Positions 20,501 through 34,260 of a stretch of 64,000 nt of DNA are shown piece after piece. The stretch is from the NCBI GenBank assembly GCA_964234715.1, contig OZ174275.1; one strand, 5' to 3'. The notes under the pieces were generated by a model. The model was not told the DNA's origin and ran no database searches. It saw only the letters and a program-made list of their open reading frames with translations. How positions within the stretch are numbered: position 1 is the stretch's first letter; the number at the start of each line of letters is the position of its first letter. The translations under genes and the position numbers were made by a program. Source of the stretch: Podarcis melisellensis (taxonomy: Eukaryota).

Positions 20501-22447
20501 GTATCAGCTCCAGCCAGTATGGCCAATGGGTCTGGAATGAAGGAAGCTGTGGTTCACAACATCTGGAGGCCATCGTGCTGGCTACCACTGTAAGTGAAAG
20601 ATTTCAGAACCAATGTAATGGTTTTATTTAATGAGCTGTCAATGTATGACAATCTACTTAATACATTCCATTGTTAATAATGATATATACTGACTTACAA
20701 CCAGTAGCATTAGATTTAACTGTTAGTTGCATAACTTTTGTTATATAACTGAAGCTACTGTATACTTAAGTATACAGTATACTTTTTATGCTGCATTTTT
20801 AAAAAGGAAATGTAGGTGGCATTTCATCACCCTTTTTTTACATTTTAATTGTGGTACTAGGCAGGGCCAGCCCCCTATTAGCACCATGAGACATCTGTCT
20901 TATGCAATGCCTCCGGAGGAGAGGCAGATCAGGCCTCGCAGCCTGCCCACTACAGCTATTTGGCTCGCTGCTGCTGCTGCTGCTTTTGCCAGTCAGCCTT
21001 CAGAGCTGCTGTGAGTTTTGCTGCCAGCTGCCGTCCCTGCCTTGCAGACCCACTGCTGGTCCACAGGGTGCCCTGCCTGGTGATGGGTCCCACCTCCTTT
21101 CTTCAGGCACCAGAGGCTGTCATTGTCTTCTCCACTTAGCTGCCTGGACAACTGCTTCTAGGTGTACCCTGTGGCTGGTGTAGACGGAGAGGCTCTTGGC
21201 AAGGGGAAGAGCACAGGCAGTGTGTATTTGTGGGAAAGGCAATGGGATGCTGATTTTGCTTTCATCACCTTCCCATTTCTTTTTCACCATTAATAGGTGA
21301 AAGCAGAAGCAGCTTTTTTAAAAATAGGGGGGTGGCAGAAGATGACAGGTGCAGAGATGGGGAGACAAACCCCCATGATCCGATTCGTGCATGGGTAAAA
21401 GAAAGCAAAGAACATAAAATACAAGGTCTCTAATGCAACACCTCCCCTCTTCTTACCTTTGGGCTGAGGGAGCTTTGGGCAACCAAGAAAGAAAAGTTTA
21501 TAGGAGTTTGTTTCCCTGGGAGGGAAAGAAAAGGAAGTCTAATTCAGATAAGTGGCCATATCCTGCTGCTAGCCTGAGTTCCAGTTTGACAAATGAAATT
21601 ACTTTTCTTTTTCCCGGGCTAGTTCTTGTTGTGCTTGCCAAATCGTCATTGTCCTCCTCATTCCTTCCCAGCAGGAAATTTCAAACACAGAAATTAATTT
21701 ATGGCCAAAGGTAGAGTTTCGTTTCATTTCATTTCTCGCTTGCTGGCTTTCTAATACCCCCTTTTCCTTGGAGGGCTGGCTGCTAAACAGGGCAGTCCCA
21801 TGTAAGTCTACTCAGAAGTATACCCCAGTGAGCAAGTGTGCATAGGATGGCGCTGCACAGCAGCAACTTCTGTTGGGTTGCCATAGGGTGATTAACTGTT
21901 CTTTTTTGTTGTTTTGGGAAATGAGTAATTATTAGCCTCATGCAGCACCCTCACGTGTTATCTAGGTAATCCTTGCAACAAACCTACAAGGTAGTTCAGT
22001 ATCCTCATTATATTGCAAGTGGAAATTCCCTAGTAAGGGTGCTCTAAGCTGCAACTGGACTGAGTTCCTCAGAACAGGAGGAATTCTCATTTCACAGCTT
22101 CAGTCTCATAGTAACTCATACTTAAACTAAAACTGATTTACACAATCTGTACATATTTTTAAACATATAGACAGAAATGTTTTGAAGCAGAGAGCAAATG
22201 GCGGTCTTTGGGAGGCAGCCCTACCCAAAAATATTTTCTTATGCAAACATAAGCTGGTGCAACAAAGGTGACTGGGGCTTGGGTACTATGACTGGTGGCG
22301 GTGGAGGTTGTTGTTGTTTTGTGTGTGTGTACACTATTTGTTGCTTCACCTCTGAAAGGAAAATTTTGTGGGCCCAATACTTGGGACAGTAGAGATTCAT
22401 TTCTGTTTTTATTTTTGTACAAAATAAAACCCAGCCAGATGCACGGG

Positions 22448-22448
<1 letters not shown>

Positions 22449-22493
<45 letters not shown>
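22449..22493. repeat. (TTA)n microsatellite
   Basis: Read directly. Confidence 0.95.
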
Positions 22494-22499
<6 letters not shown>

Positions 22500-24399
22500 A
22501 TACCCTTCATCAAACAAGTGAACACAGTGTGGGGTACATAAAATAAAAACAGATTGATTCAACGAAACAGGAATAAAAAAGGAAAGGAATAAAGGATTAC
22601 ATAAAAGCACTATAAAACTCACTAACATTATAACTATTCACACTCCAAGGATCAGTGGCCTATCATTTCAAAATCAACATCATTAAAAGCCTGACTGAAG
22701 TAGTAAGCTTTTAGCTGGTGCCATAGGTAAAGAAGAGCGAACATCTCCATCCCCTCAGTAGCCTGGAAGACTCACAACTTAGCCTGCTCATGAGTATTTC
22801 CATTGGCAAAGAAGCATGCAGAAGAACAAGATTTTCCAAAGGCTGCTAACACAGTTTCCAAACTGTTTTTAAATTACTCCATTATGATGTAAATTTGCTA
22901 CGCAATTTACAATTATTAAAATCAAGTTCCTCTTGCTCGTTGTCACCAATTTTACGACCTTGGTTAGGATTCCCATACAAACAATTGTTAGCAGACTGCT
23001 AATGTGATGATTTTCCTGTTCTTGGAAAAAATAGCACAGAACAATTTTCTCCCACTTGCAGCAGAGTCAAACAATGCATTTGATGTTGGGCTCATCAGGA
23101 GGTCTGTGACTCAAAGTGTTGAATTCCCACGGTTTTGCAAAGTGGGATTTCAAAAACAAGAGTTTTAAAAATCAGTTGCTAAGCGCAAAAAGCAGTGACT
23201 TGTTAACTAGGTGTGGGTGTCAGAAAGAGAGGCAGAGACAGAGACACAGAGCGAGTAAGACAAAGAGAGAACTGCACAGAAACTTTTAAGGCAAAAAACC
23301 AAAATCTTCCTATTATGTCAGATTTGGGAGGGGGGGCAGGGTCTAGGCTTTGCGGTTTGTGGACTATGGAGAGGAATTGGCAGCATATGGCCTGAAATGT
23401 TTTATTTCTGATTATTGTGTGGAGTTTTAGGAGTTGTATTTAAGAATACTGTATGTTCTGGTGCTTATGTATTTTTATTGTATTTAGCTTTATAAGCCAG
23501 CTCATGTGGTCATTTTTTCAGAGCAGAAAAATAATATAATTCCATTACTTATTTTTAAAAGGGTGGCAACATATTGCCCTGTAAATTCAACCTGAGCCCC
23601 TTGTAATATTTTTGTAGCTAGTAATTATATTGTTCCTGCAGGTCACTTAAAGCAAATGTGTGGCCACATGAATTTCAGCAGTGCACAAAGGGAGGTTGAG
23701 CGGCCATAAAAAGTAAATTGCTGCCCACCTTCAGAGCAGCAAAATATATTCAAAAACACAAATGGAATCCCCTACTTTCTACCAACTCTCCTGAACTCAC
23801 TGAGAAAAAGTGAGAGTTGAGTGAATATTTTGTTCTCCAATTCCCACACCCCAACAACAGCTACTTGAGCTTGAATAAATACAACAATCATATTCATGTT
23901 ACCTAACATAAAATTATGATTAGGCTTTCTAGTATAAACTTTACAGAGATGTCACTAAAATGAAAGTTCCTCAGTCTATGTTAAATATATGATCTTCAAA
24001 AATGCTTGCCTATTTGAACCCCTGAATACTAAAAAGCATCTGCTCAAGCCAACAAACTTAAGTGGACATACCTTCCATATCTCTTGATTTTTAAAAAAGT
24101 TTTAAGTTAGGCCTCCAGTCAGCCTCCACGGAAATGCACTGACTACTTGTGCATTTTCTGTTCCTAGCTGTCGAACCGTGCAAATTCTCACCAAGTTAAT
24201 CAAATCAGCATCACTTTTCGGTAACATCAATAACTGTTAAACAGCAATAGCAGAACGGGAGCTGGCTGGGAGGTAGATACCAACCTTAGCCTCCTCATAC
24301 CTTTTCTGTTGCATGGTACCTGGTGAATGGCAACCTACTGAAGCAGCCAGAAAGCTTGGCTAGCTAGCCCCACTAAGGGCTTTTGGGAAGCAAAGGGTC

Positions 24400-24489
24400 C
24401 ATAGCTGTCAACTTTTCCCTTGTCTTGCGAGGAATCCTATTCAGAATAAGGGAATTTCCCCTTAAAAAAAGGAAACATTGACAGCTATG
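24400..24489 (+). mobile_element. 90-bp hAT-type MITE
   Basis: TIR CATAGCTGTCAA/TTGACAGCTATG; perfect 8-bp TSD AAAGGGTC. Confidence 0.9.
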
Positions 24490-26957
24490 AAAGGGTCATC
24501 TGTGGTGGGATAACCCCTAAAGCAAAGGGTAAAAATCCCTTTGGATCTCTCCTTTGGGGTGTGACGAGGGCAAGGGCATTCCTTGTGGGTGAACAGTTAT
24601 GGGTGGACCTACTCCTAGATGAGAGATTGGAGCAATGGACAGGCATTGAGAGGGAGAATTTGAGTTTACCTTGCTTTCAAGTGAGAGGTAGAATGATGAG
24701 GAGCTGCATCTGTAGTGAGAGCATGAATACAACTCACAAATGCACCTGCAGTGTTATCGCATGGTGATACTGCCATTTTATATTGCTTTATTGTACTTTT
24801 ACTGTATCTCTCTTTTGTATTACTTTATTGCTTTGGGGGTGGTCTTTGAACCAAATAAGTGGTATATAAAATCACTTTTCAAAAAGCTTGCACTGAATAT
24901 ATTCAACGAAGATGTTATGCAAATTCTATAGCCAGTCAAAACAATAGCACAAAGAATTAAACAGCACTGTTCATTTCATGGTGGTGTCAACATTAAGGTG
25001 TAAGATGCCAACATGGTTAGACATTTCACAAACACCACGAAAAGAAACAACTATTGTTAAGATCTTAAATATAGTTACGGTGGTGGTTTCATTTTGGCTT
25101 TTGAGATGGGTCAAGCTTTGTGGGTAGAACTGGGAAGTGTGCCACAGTAAGCTTTTTCCATCAATACAACCATTTTTCCACTTCATCTTCCTTCCGAAGA
25201 GCAATTGTGGTCTGAACTTGATTCTACAAAGGTTTCTTTCAAAACTAGTATATTTCTTCTTAACTAAAAAATTGCCCCTAAGGAAATGTGGTTACAGCAA
25301 CTGACAATTTTATCTCCTTTCCAATTTCCCATCATTAATATCCAAATTAACTTCCAAGAGTGAAATTAAAGCACTTACTATTATTAGAAGGGTAAATAAG
25401 TTGTATTTCAAAAAGGGAATCATCAGCTGCACCAGCAGACTTCTCTCAAGCAACACTGGATACAACCAAAGTTGCTTATTCTCTTCATCTTTGCATTCAA
25501 TTCTAGCCTTTATTTATATTTGGCTTTAAATAGAAAAAAATCTACATATTTTTTTTTGGCACCCATCTTTAATTGAAGAGCAGTTTTACAAACTATAGAA
25601 CGCAGGACTACACAGGAAAAGCACAAGTGTTTTGTGCTTCCTGTTCTTCTGTGTCATCCAGAACGGAGCTCGTGAGAGTTCCATTTTGGACAATGGCGAA
25701 GAGCCCAAGAAACAGGAAGCACAAGGCATTTGGGCCTCCTGTTCTAAAAAAAATTATATAATCTCTGAAAATGCTAAGTGCTCTGTTAAAGGAAGGTGTA
25801 AGGATCACTGTGCCAGTCAAACAGCCAAAACTGGAATTGCTCCAGTACAGCTACACCCCCTGCACTGGTTTAGCATCTCAAGACACTTCCTCTGAATTGG
25901 AACAGTACAAATAATTCAGCTGCAGTGAGAAAGAGATGGGACAATACAGGTGTGCCATGAAATCTAGGTGTGAGCAGGTGGAATAGCACAGCAGGATTCA
26001 AGAGCAACAACATTAAGTACAACCTAAAAAGGACAAAAACTCACCTTAAGCTGGTTCACATATACATTTATATTTGATCAGCACATCTCGAGATACTACA
26101 GGTAAACACACACAGAATCACATCAACAGTTCACCACTAATACAAATCTCCCCTAGATGTCCACAGATATGTCAAAAGGAAGGTAACAGTGAAAGTGCAC
26201 TGAAGTCTGAAAGGGAGACTGAGAACTTTTCAGAAGTATGCATTGGCATGCTGCATATTAAAACATAGTTCGCTTTTAACTATAGTTCAATGTGATGTGC
26301 AAACCAGGCCCATGAATGTCTACAAACTTTTGCTTGGTATCAAAAGGGCATAAAAAGCCAGTCCATAAAACAAACACAGGATATGTTTTCCATAACAAAT
26401 CTGAGCCACACAAAATATCCTGAAGAAATAGAGGGGAAATTTGTTTACCACTCATAACATGCCCTATGTAGGTTTGCTAGACGGGACATGATAACAATAA
26501 AACCATATCTAAAGGGGGATTAAGTGTATTATTCTAAAATAGCTTGCTGTCTGCAATGCAAGCAAAAAGAAAAAATCCTGAATGACTTTTTTGGCCTGTC
26601 TTTCAGCTGAAGGCAGATGTTCAGCACACATAGCATCTGTTAACTAGCCCAAGGTTTGGTGCCTCTCTCATAGCTGTCTCATTAAGTCCTGCTGTGCCTG
26701 CTCCATGTCATAAGGATACCTAGGGGACATTTATGAATGGGGGAAGGGTGTTTATTGTCCAAAAAATTAGGGCTGCTCCATACACGTTTGCATGTTCATA
26801 ATCCTTTTACATGTTCTTACATTTTTATATGTTTTTATTTTCTTTTTGATAGTACTGTTTTATCACTTTGTTGCTTGTCACCCTGGGCTCCTTTTGGAGA
26901 AAAGGCAAAACAGAAATTTAAAACAACAATAATACATCTGTACAGACAAATATCATG

Positions 26958-27290
26958 TAAAGGACCCCTGGAAAGTTAAGTCCAGTTGAAGGCGACTATG
27001 GGGTGCAGCGGTCATCTCACTTCAGGCCGAGGGGGCCGGCGTTTGTCCACAGACAGCTTTCCAGGTAATGTGGCCAGCATGAAACATGGAACACCATGAT
27101 GGAAGCCAGAGCGCACAGAAATGCTGTTTACCTTCGCACCACAGGAGTACCTAATTATCTACTTTCAAACTGCTAGGTTGGCAGAAGCTGGGACAGAGCA
27201 ACGGGAGCTCACTCTGTCGCACAGATTTGAACCGCCAACCTTCCAATCAGCAAGCCCAAGAGGCTCAGTGGTTTAGACTACAGCACCACC
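26958..27290 (-). mobile_element. Sauria SINE (diverged)
   Basis: AAAGGACCCCTG...TTCAAACTGCTAGGTTGGCAG...GGTTTAGACTACAGCACCACC is the reverse complement of the Sauria SINE body. Confidence 0.85.
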
Positions 27291-29926
27291 TGCTCACTCA
27301 CAAACATCATGTACACATGTGACATACGTGTTGTGCAGATATGCAGAAGAGAACTAAGACTAGCTTCAGTTTCCTGCTATATATTTAATATAACTAATAT
27401 GAAAGTGCTTTCAGTACTTTATTTTTTTACTGCTAGGACATAGGCTAAACCCAGGAATATTAATGTTTTTCTGGGTACTTTTTGTTATATGTATGTCTAA
27501 CTCCTAAAAACTTACTGCATACTTAAAGTATGTTAACTTGAAGAATTGCTGCACCTTTTCCATACAACACTGAGCAATAAAACTTAACATGAAATGGAAC
27601 ATTATCTGGAACGTTGTCAAACACTCTACACTAAGAGAATGCTATCTAGAATGGTGGTTCCCAACCTGTGGGACTGCAGAGTTATCCCAAGGGAGCCACA
27701 AAGCTTTGCATGCAATGCTTCGCCAGCCAATGTTTGGTTTTCATCTGCCACCCACTGCTATGAGCAAGGCATGTATGGATTTTGCAGACCAAGCAGAAGC
27801 TTGTTTTACCTGTTCCTCATTAGAACTGAACTCCCTTTCAACAAGAAAAGCATGGAGTGAGTGGCCAGACAAAAGGCACTCCTAACAACAGCTGCTACCT
27901 AGCCATCTAGAAGCAGAGGGGCATTTCCAAGTTGCAAACTTGACTTTAACTCTTCCAAAATAGGATACTGTATACACATACTCCCAGATCACTGGAATCC
28001 TTAAGCAACAGGACCTCCATTGTCCCTAAATTAAGTTTTAACTTGCTTGACCTCATCCAATCCCAAACAGTGGCAAAACACAGAGTTCAGAACCGACACT
28101 GAGTCCCTGATACCAGGAAAATATTTGTGAATAGACTAATTTCTCTCTCAGTCTGTTACAGCTCCCTCCCACCTATTTCATTTCTGTACGTAATGTGAAT
28201 GCCCTCCAAACAGATAAAGAGACATTCTACTGGTGTATCACAAAAAAGGCCTGATTCCAGGTAGTCTGTAGCTACTAATAACCTTTCCAATTGTACAAGA
28301 CACACTATCTAAAATCCCCAATTTAAATACTGCTCACATTACATTACATTTCACTTACACCTCAGCCAAAGGACTACTTAAACCAAGTGTTTTGAGGTGC
28401 CTGAAAGTAAAGAGTTTTACAACTAGAAAAATATGGTGCTTGATGACAAGCATCAGTCAATTTTGTGTGTCACCCACTTTGAAAATGGATGTCAAACTAG
28501 TATACAATTATGGAATGTAGAATTGTGCTCTGAACATATACCTCATTCTGGTGTCTCAAATAAGCTGGTTAAAACTAGAGGCCTCAATTCACCCAGCTTT
28601 CCAAATATTGAATTGAACTTTGCACCTCCACATTATCTGTCTCTACAGCACAACGGCTAACAGACTGAGTCACTGGTTATGTACTACTACATCAACATTA
28701 GAATATCATCAGCAATGCTAGCTTTGTCTATTCAGTACAATTCATACAGCCATTAGTGAGCTGTGAGATGATTTATGGAAGTCGCGTTGTAATGGATATG
28801 CATGAAATCTGGTCTTGTGAATGAGTTCGTGCATCACTGACTGAGCATGATTCATGCTCCCCTGTGGCCAAGCAAGCATGAGAGAAAGGAAACCAAGCAG
28901 ACCTCTAGCATGAGCCAGCACACTGCAAAGTTTAGCCTCACAATTATCAGAATGCCTCCTGAACTGTGTATGGCCAGACTCCACCCCTTTTATAAGAGAA
29001 TCTGTGCATACCATTTAGCAACAGCCATCTCTGCTTGTGATGAGTGATTTGGTGGGGTGTTGGAAGAGACAATTTAAGTTTATTTTCTACGTTTGAAGGT
29101 GGAGTGTTGTATTATAATTCAAATGATATATGTTTTGTACATAGGAAGGGAATAAGGAAGATAAATAAACCATATTGGTATTTGTGCATCTTTTCCCCTT
29201 TTCTTGTTAACATATCACCCAATTTTATTACTATAAATAAAAACACATCTTGAGATTCTTTATCTCATTTGCTTGTTTTTCTGAATCATTAAGTTTTGTG
29301 TATCTTCACTATATGAATTCTCTCGGTCTTAGTAAAATCTTTCTACGTCGTTGTAATGTCTTTAATTTCTCTTCGCAAATATATTCCTTTAATTTGGAAC
29401 AGTTTATAGTTGACCACCATATATTTCAACAGTTTCACCATCAGAAGTCATCTTTTTGTATTTACATTTTTCATTTCTGGGCTCATTTGGGAAGAAGGGC
29501 AGTATATAAATTTAATAAATAAAGTAACATAAAAATAAAATTCTCTTCATTTCCTAAATTATTTTTTTTCCTGATTATGGGCTGTAGTGCAACAGGAAAC
29601 TCCACTTCCTCCACCTGCACATACCTCCACACCACCCCCAATCTGCTCTGAAGGGCTGAGTGAACTCCCAGAACATATTTAGGAGACGCTTGGTCATCAT
29701 CACAGAGCACTTCCCACCATTTACCGTAGGTTCCAATCATAACCTGACCTGCCTCAATGTCCACCACACCACAATGTATGCATCCTCCGATCAGAATCAG
29801 AAGAATCTTTATTTGCATCAACCACTAGCCATAGCAATTTTATATAAAATAAAATGTACTGAAGATAAGAGGTAAAAACGTAACTATACAAAATACATTA
29901 TGGAGGTTTACACCAATAATCAAATA

Positions 29927-30169
29927 CAGTGGAACCTCTATTTGCGACCATAATCTGTTCTGGAGGTTCGTCCGGAGGTCGAAATGGGTCGCTGGGAGAG
30001 GTGCCATTGTGCACAGGTGTGGGCGGTGATTGCCCGCTTCTGCCCATGCACAAACGCAATTGCTGCTCCTGTGTGAACAGCGGCAAACCCACCAGTTACT
30101 TCTGGGTTTGCCGCGGTCGCAACTTGAAACGACCATAGGAAGAGGCGGTGGTAAGTGGAGGTTTGACTG
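29927..30169. mobile_element. Tigger-like MITE
   Basis: TA|CAGTGGAACCTCTATTT...AAGTGGAGGTTTGACTG|TA. Confidence 0.75.
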
Positions 30170-31761
30170 TAATAGATCTTATCCTTCTGTCATCCAGGGC
30201 AGGTATCCCAGGACTTGTTTTAACCCAAACATGCATTTCAGGACCCATTTCTTAATTAATCTTTCACCATATATTTGCATGATGGTAGTAGTCTTGTTGT
30301 GACCCACCTTGAATCAGGCTGCAACCCGCTAGTGGGTCCCAACTGACCAGCTGAAGACCAGTGTTCTTTAATGCAAGCCTTGTGTGTCCAGTAATAATAT
30401 ATCCAATGCATCATGGCGTTCAGCCAGCTATACTGCCTGCAGCAAAACTGATTTGCTGGCCTCCTTTTCACCCAACACCAGGATTGTATATCCAGAGGTG
30501 AACCAATTGTGAATGAAAAGGCCAGGCTACATTGGAAGGAGAGACACGCCTGAGACTGCTTGCCTAACACCAGCTTGAGAAAGTGGCTGTGTGCGTTAGC
30601 TATATAGCCACATATTATTTCAATTATATGAATCATTTGAATTACATAATTTAAAATACACAAGACCAAATAGTTGCTATACATGTTCAGAAGCCATCTT
30701 GAGCTAATGTTTATCAAATATCAAAACGTGACACACAGGCACACAAAGCTTACTTGGCAACTGCTAGTTAGGGCGTAACCAAAGAGAGACTTAACAACAA
30801 GTGTTATTTCTCCATGACCTGACCCTTAAAGTGCTATGTTTCTGCCAGCCCAATCAACTGTAACACAGCTGACATGGCTGGAACACTCTGAGGATTAGGC
30901 CACACAAACATTTCCAGTTCTACTGTTCTGATGGGTGCAGCAAGTTGCAACAAATTCAGAATTACATCACAGGACTGAGAGAACTGTTCCTGGGATAGCC
31001 ATGAGGCACACCTGGCCTATCACATTATTGGATCAGTTACTCTGCTGGTCATTGCCAGAGCCTTATGTGCCTCCAAAGAAATGAGCTTCATCATAAAGAG
31101 TTCTGCTTTAACGAGAAGCAGCTGGTTTTCAACTGGGAGTAAAACCCCAACATTAACACATATTTGTCTGTAATTGTAATTGCCTCATAATGGAAGAACT
31201 GCAGGTATCAATCTGTTTATTAGGATTGGGAAGGGAAGGTGGGAGAGACTCATTCCATTCAGTTCCATTGACAGAAAGTAACTTAGGATCCAAGCCATAG
31301 AAAGCTCTGTGCTCAAACAGCAGTTTCCATAAGGCTCTATGAGTCTTGCATGTGACAATCCTCGCTCACCAACTACCTCCACTCAGCGCTTCAGAGCACA
31401 CTATGGCCCAGCAGGGTTATTCAATAGCAGTTGATGCCCTGCTGTGTTGCCAACTCTGCCCCAGGATTCAGATGTGCAGAAGAGCTAAAGAAGCATGAGA
31501 GGAGTGCCATACATGGGGGGCCAGGGGAAGAGCCAGAAATGGGAGGATGCTACAGATATTCAAAAGAGCAATGGCTGCTATTGAATGGGCCTACAGCAGG
31601 GATGACTAGACTCTGCCCCCCCAAGATGTTGCTGGACTAGACCCCCCCCCCCAAGATGTTGCTGGGCTACAACTCTCATTAGCCCCGGACAGCACAACCA
31701 CTAGTCCAGATTGATGTAAATTATAGTCTAGCAACTGCCCTACAATGTCACAACATGCTCA

Positions 31762-31995
31762 AAACAAAAAAAAAAAATCCTTCCTGTAGCACCTTAAAGA
31801 CCAACTAAGTTAGTTCTTGGTATGAGCTTTCGTGTGCATGCACACTTCTTCAGAAGTGTGTATCTGAAGAAGTGTGCATGCACACGAAAGCTCATACCAA
31901 GAACTAACTTAGTTGGTCTTTAAGGTGCTACAGGAAGGATTTTTTTTTGTTTTGTTTTGACTATGGCAGACCAACACGGCTACCTATCCGTAACT
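31762..31995 (+). mobile_element. Fold-back Penelope-like pLTR insertion
   Basis: ~90-bp near-perfect inverted arms; 12-bp TSD ACAACATGCTCA (31750-31761 and 31996-32007); hammerhead core. Confidence 0.8.
31860..31897 (+). ncRNA. Minimal type I hammerhead ribozyme motif
   Basis: GUAU-CUGAAGA-A-GUGUG(CAUG)CACAC-GAAA-GC-UC/AUAC: stem I GUAU:AUAC, 5-bp stem II, palindromic AGCU stem III. Confidence 0.7.
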
Positions 31996-32723
31996 ACAAC
32001 ATGCTCAGTGAAGTTTTGTGGGAAGAACTGGTGGGGTTGGAAAAGTTTATCTGTAGGAGTCCCTCCATGAGCACAAGGTGCAATATTGCTCCCATAGTAA
32101 AGTAACTTTAAAACATCATTATGTAAAATTTAAAAAGAGAAGGAAAAATAGATCTTAGCCCTTTACATGAAGGTACTTTGGTAAAACATAAAACGTTAAC
32201 TTTAAAATAGTCCATTGTTTCTCTTGCAACATGCCTCCATTGTTTACAATCAGGTTTTTTTGTGTTGTGCTTAGTCTAAACTACTTCCCTGAAGGATGCG
32301 CTTAAGTTGCTAAAATAATACATTTGACACTCAACACACCACCTTCTGCACCTTTCAAAAATGTGATGCTTCCCCCTCAAAACATCCTTTGCTATTGCAG
32401 GTGCCACATGAGATGCAGTTTGTACAGGTACCCTGGGCAACTATCACTTGTTGCTTGTAATGTTAACATAAACTATTCATAAAATGCCTAAAAGAAACAA
32501 GGTAATGTGCAATACAAAAACATAGAATAAAGAGAAAGAAAACCCTGCTGGCCAGCCTCACAATTATATTGTGACAAGTAGCACTACTCTCCTTTGTCAA
32601 TCCCAAACTTAACTTCATTCACATTCTTCTGTGGCTGTTTACTCTCCCACTGCAAAACTCCAGCACTAGTGTGTTCATTCAATATCTTTTCTTCCACGTG
32701 GCAAAGAGTAACAGATCGAAACA

Positions 32724-33030
32724 TAGGGATGCCATATTTCAAACAGTGAAAACCTGGACAGAAAAGTTGCTGAGCTTTTTTTCTTTATGCCAAATCTACT
32801 GAGCTTTTTTAAGCTTTGCCAAAAACTGTTGAGCTTTCTGGGCAAAATTGCTTTTTAAAAAACACCATTTTTAGCAATTTTTATGGAAAAACAGCAATAA
32901 CAGCACTGCCAACATGGGCTGCCAAAAGTCCAGATTGTACCAGACATTTTTTACGATTTCCGCCCGGGCACTGCTGCCAACTACAGTATTCCAAATATGT
33001 CCAGGAAAATCCGGACGTATGGCAACCCTA
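32724..33030. mobile_element. hAT non-autonomous element (TAGGGTTGCCA-type ends)
   Basis: TAGGGATGCCATA...TATGGCAACCCTA; TSD TCGAAACA/TCGAAAAC. Confidence 0.75.
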
Positions 33031-34075
33031 TCGAAAACTGCCTGCCCCAAAGCTCATTCCTCTTTACTATGAGGGGCAGAATGTTGCCCTTGGATCAAGG
33101 CTTGTGGGAGATGAGTGTAAAGTCCCTGAGGGGACTGAGTGCTGTAAAATAAAGACATTTACAATGCAGTTTGTTCTTATATGAAGAATCTTGAGTATAC
33201 AATGGAGCATCTCTTGCAGATATCTGCAAAATAACATGCTGGTTTATTTGTGTCTTTATATCACAATGTAGCTCTGAAGCTCTTCAGAGATGACTTACAT
33301 ACAGGCTATGTAATCAGTCTTGTACTCAAAGCACATAATCCAACAGATTATGCAACTGAATAGCTGTAGTAGCCTGAAGGTATTTTATGCTTGAAACACC
33401 AAAGCATCTGCAGAGATATCCTTTAAGTCACAGTATCTCTTAACCTCAGTGTAACCACTACATGAGCTAACTTGTTAGGACTAAAACAAGACAGATAAAA
33501 AGATCAGATTAAAGAAGATCAAAAGCACCAGTATTCACCCTGAAAAACAAAACTCATTCAGTTCTTTTATGCAATGAAGTTTCAGCCATTTGTCTAGAAG
33601 AGTCTTTATAAAGGCAGAATCTGACCCAGTGTGGAAGGGAGAGAAATTCAAGATCCATAAAATGTAGACTATAAGAGCCAAAGCAGACTGGTTCTGGTGA
33701 CTAAAACATCATGTAATTGATGGCTGAGCATATAATACCTTCAAAGATGTTACATAACTTAGAAAAATGGGCATGGGGCAAAGATATCGCTGCATCAAGA
33801 TCACCAGTTCCAGACAAGTCTCAGCTCCATGCAATATTAGCTCCATCTGGTATGTTATTTGAAGGCTCTACGAAAATAGTTAATCTCATTCCATTTCCAT
33901 ATGTTCAACATATTTTTATCTACCACAACCAGCATACTGACTGTAAACCAAAGGATTAGCCACTGTTTAAATGTTTTTAGTTCTCCTTTCTCAAGATTGC
34001 CCTCAGAACAAGAATAAAATCAGCTAATGGCAGCAAGTATCAGTCTGCATTCCCACTGATTTTTACTTTAGAGAA

Positions 34076-34260
34076 AGGCTGTATTTCAGTGGTAGAGCGC
34101 ATGCTTTTTTGTTCAGACGATCTCGAGTGTGATCTCCTGCATCTCCAGGTAGGTCTGGAAAAGAACCCTTCCTAAAACTCTGGAGAACCGCTGACCACCA
34201 GTGCAAGCAATACTGAGATAGATGGAACAATGATCTAACTTGATAAAAGACAACTTTCTA
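34076..34260 (+). mobile_element. Old tRNA-derived SINE
   Basis: GGCTGTATTTCAGTGGTAGAGCGCATGCTTT A-box-like head; related copies at ~36697-36845 and ~55450-55520 (minus). Confidence 0.6.

Noticed and set aside
29240-29460. Possible minus-strand coding exon
   Set aside because: No clean splice sites and interrupted frames; more like a decayed L1-type 3' end, as at ~45770-46020 and ~56270-56995.
34076-34150. tRNA gene
   Set aside because: Degenerate B-box, no cloverleaf, and it continues into a SINE body.
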